Shown here piece after piece: positions 61,524 to 64,000 of a stretch of 64,000 bases of DNA. This DNA comes from Zygnema circumcarinatum SAG 698-1b (lineage: Eukaryota; Plantae; Zygnematophyceae), in assembly GCA_037447605.1 (NCBI GenBank), contig CM074812.1:1364001-1428000 (forward strand), given 5' to 3'. Under the pieces are notes generated by a model. It was given only the letters and a program-made list of their open reading frames with translations, made no database searches and was not told the origin of the DNA. Made by a program: the position numbers and the translations under genes. How positions within the stretch are numbered: position 1 is the first letter of the stretch; each line of letters starts with the position of its first letter.

Positions 61524-64000
61524 ATGTCAAGGTGGCGAGGGGGTGTGGGAGAGGATTACGGAGAGGAGCGCGCCACCTCCGACCGCGATCGGAGCGTGGC
61601 AGTGAAGGGCCCATGGAGCGCGGTGGAGGACTCAGTTCTACGGAGGCTCGTAGAACGGAACGGGCCACGGAACTGGGCACTGATCGCGGAGGGCTTGAAC
61701 GGCCGCACGAGCAAGAGCTGCCGCCTCCGCTGGTTCAATCACCTGCATCCTCAGGTGAATACGACAAATCTCGGTTGCTTCCTGAGGGGTCTAGGATGGC
61801 CCTAGGGTACTAGGGACCTAGAAAGGAAGCTGGGGCAGTAGGGGGAAGACACGTAGAAATTGGAAGGTTCTTCATTGACAGGAGCAGAGGGAGGAAAAGG
61901 GAGGCAGAGGGAGAGGGAGAGAGGGGGAGAGGGGGGAAGAGTGGGAGAGGACCGGGAGGGAGAAGGAGAAGGCTAGTTTTTTTCTTGTTATTTCATTTCA
62001 TAGGTAAATCAATTTTTTTTTCTTAATTATAATTTTCATGTTTGGTTACAGGTCAATAAGGAGCCCTTTACAGAGGAAGAGGACAAAAAAATAGTCCTCG
62101 GATATGCCGAGCACGGTAGCAAGTGGTCTGTGATCGTTCGAGACCTGCCGGGACGCACTGACAACTCCATCAAAGTACGCAGACAAGAAAAAAAAAAAAA
62201 AAAACCCTTCCAAAGAATACAATGTAAATTATTAATTTGATTTCTTTGGTTTACCTGTTTCATGTATTCACCCATGTTAGTGAGGTATTAGATATTCCTT
62301 AAAGATTCTCAATATTTTTTTTTCGAAATGTTCATCATCGATGGTTGTCAAGGGAAGTACTTTCTTAAATGAAGGAATGAGCGTTATTAAGCTATGGGGG
62401 TTTGGGTCACGGTTGCAGAACCACTGGCACGCAGCGCTCAAGAAGTCGTATCCGCAGCTTTTGGCGGAATGTCTGAAAGAGCAGGTGACTGCTTCACCAC
62501 AAAAAATCACATCGAATTTCGGTTTTCTTTTGTTTTTCCGCTTGCTGTTATGTGCAGTTTAAGTAATCTTTCCATAGCTGAATATCATGTAACTGTGTGT
62601 CTTTTTTTCCTTTCAAATTTTCTGCAGGCCAAAAGTCAATCTCTCCGCAGCAAATCTGAACCCCTGCCTTCACCTCCGAAGATTTCGCAGGCGCTCGAAA
62701 ACTCCCCCAGCCGAAGCAGCTTGGCCTCCTCTACATCACCCGCCACAACATCATCGCTGCCGACATCACCTGTTTTGAAGGCATCAAACTCAACGTCCTC
62801 CCTTCTGACATCAAAAGTTACGAATCCATCCCACTCGACATCATCATCCCTGCCAACATCACCCGTTATGAAGGCGTCCCCCTCAACATCACCGAACATG
62901 AGGTCATCCTTCCCAACATCACCTGCCATGACATCATCGCTGCCGCCATCACCTACAATGACGTCATCCATGTCATCATCATCCCTTGTGCTCCCATCCC
63001 TGCCGCCATCCCCCGTCCTGACGCCATCAAAGCCCTCCGCCGGTTCTTCAGAGAAGGGAGCCGCCGCAGTGGAGGCCGCCGTGGCGAGTCTCATGGCGGC
63101 CCTGCTCAAAAAGAACACTCCGGAAGCCGCCAGACCCGTAAGCACCTTCTTAACGCTTTACACAAAATCAGTCATCGTCGTTTTTTCATATTTCACTTTT
63201 TTTTTTTTCCTTAACCCTGTCCCTCGGTTTTTAAACATTGTGGAAAGTCCGAAATGCCGAAAATTTTCTTAATGGTTAAGGCTTTTTCATGTTTTGCAGG
63301 TGCAAGCGCGTGCATTGAACATGGAGAAGTTGGGGTTGAACAGTTTACCATTGAACGGGTTCTCGTTGAACGGCTCCCGATCAACCGCCGCCGTGCAGCC
63401 CGTACAGAACGGTGCGATGCATAGAACAGCGCCTCAAGTCTCCCAAGGGGAAGTTCCGAGGCTAAGGAAACAGCCCCCGCTCGCCCGAGTGGAATCCACC
63501 AACATAAGGTCAACTGCGGCAGATGGGGTTAACCGCCAGCAAGGCGTAGGATCCACCGTTAACCTTGCCGCTTCCAATAAAGGAGGAGTTTCCACTTCTT
63601 TGAGCAGCAAGGCCCTGCTGGAGTATCAGATCATCTCCTTTTTGAAGCAGCTGAATAAAAAAAAGCTGGGACGAATGTCAACAAGCTATGGAGAGAAATC
63701 TCGTCCTGCCGATGGGCCATTTCCAGCAGAGAAATGGAATTTGATAAAGGAGGGACAGAAGGAGCGGAAGCAGCCGCTTAATACTGATCTCGCACTTCTG
63801 AGGCAGGTGGCAGCTCACGGGGGAGTCAACACGGACCAAAAAATTCCCAAACGTGACCGAAACGCCTTTGAGTCAACGCCTCCAAAAATAAATGCGAAGA
63901 AACTGTGTCTTTGCAGTCACAAGCAGCCGACACAGAACGGCTATATGCCGCTGTTACCGCCTCAGTCACAGTGCTGTGCCGTTCAACGGCCGTGCATGGA
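61524..64000 (+). CDS. R2R3-MYB transcription factor, paralog 2 (3' end beyond the window)
   Basis: Exons 61524-61754, 62052-62174, 62419-62484, 62628-63137, 63300 to beyond 64000 (open). KGPWSAVED...[29 protein letters not shown]...[18 protein letters not shown]. Confidence 0.9.

Overview
Eukaryotic, intron-rich green-plant DNA, most consistent with a streptophyte alga or early land plant (inference from an ethylene receptor, an ENOC-type enolase, R2R3-MYBs and plant glycosyltransferase families). I spliced ten protein-coding genes by hand from GT/GC-AG junctions with consistent phases: a GT47/exostosin protein fused to a SUB1-like domain, a GT92/DUF23 enzyme, two GT34 (GMA12/MNN10)-like paralogs, an ethylene receptor, a plastid-type methyltransferase, two R2R3-MYB paralogs, a GT14-like/DUF266 enzyme and an ENOC-like enolase with a degenerate active site. 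Main signal: four secretory-pathway glycosyltransferase genes from three unrelated families, within 32 kb, all carry the same short peptide W(V/I)S(D/N)(L/I)xxIL(R/H) just after the signal sequence and at the end of exon 1. This suggests a glycan-synthesis gene cluster built on a shared, shuffled first exon. Other signals are at least ten exact CCAAT-N10-CACG (ERSE-type) elements including a roughly 50-bp phased array, a dispersed ~150-bp repeat family, several intron satellites, four GC-AG introns and a Copia gag relic. Most long ORFs in the supplied track are microsatellite artefacts. All models are manual and unverified by RNA data or database search.
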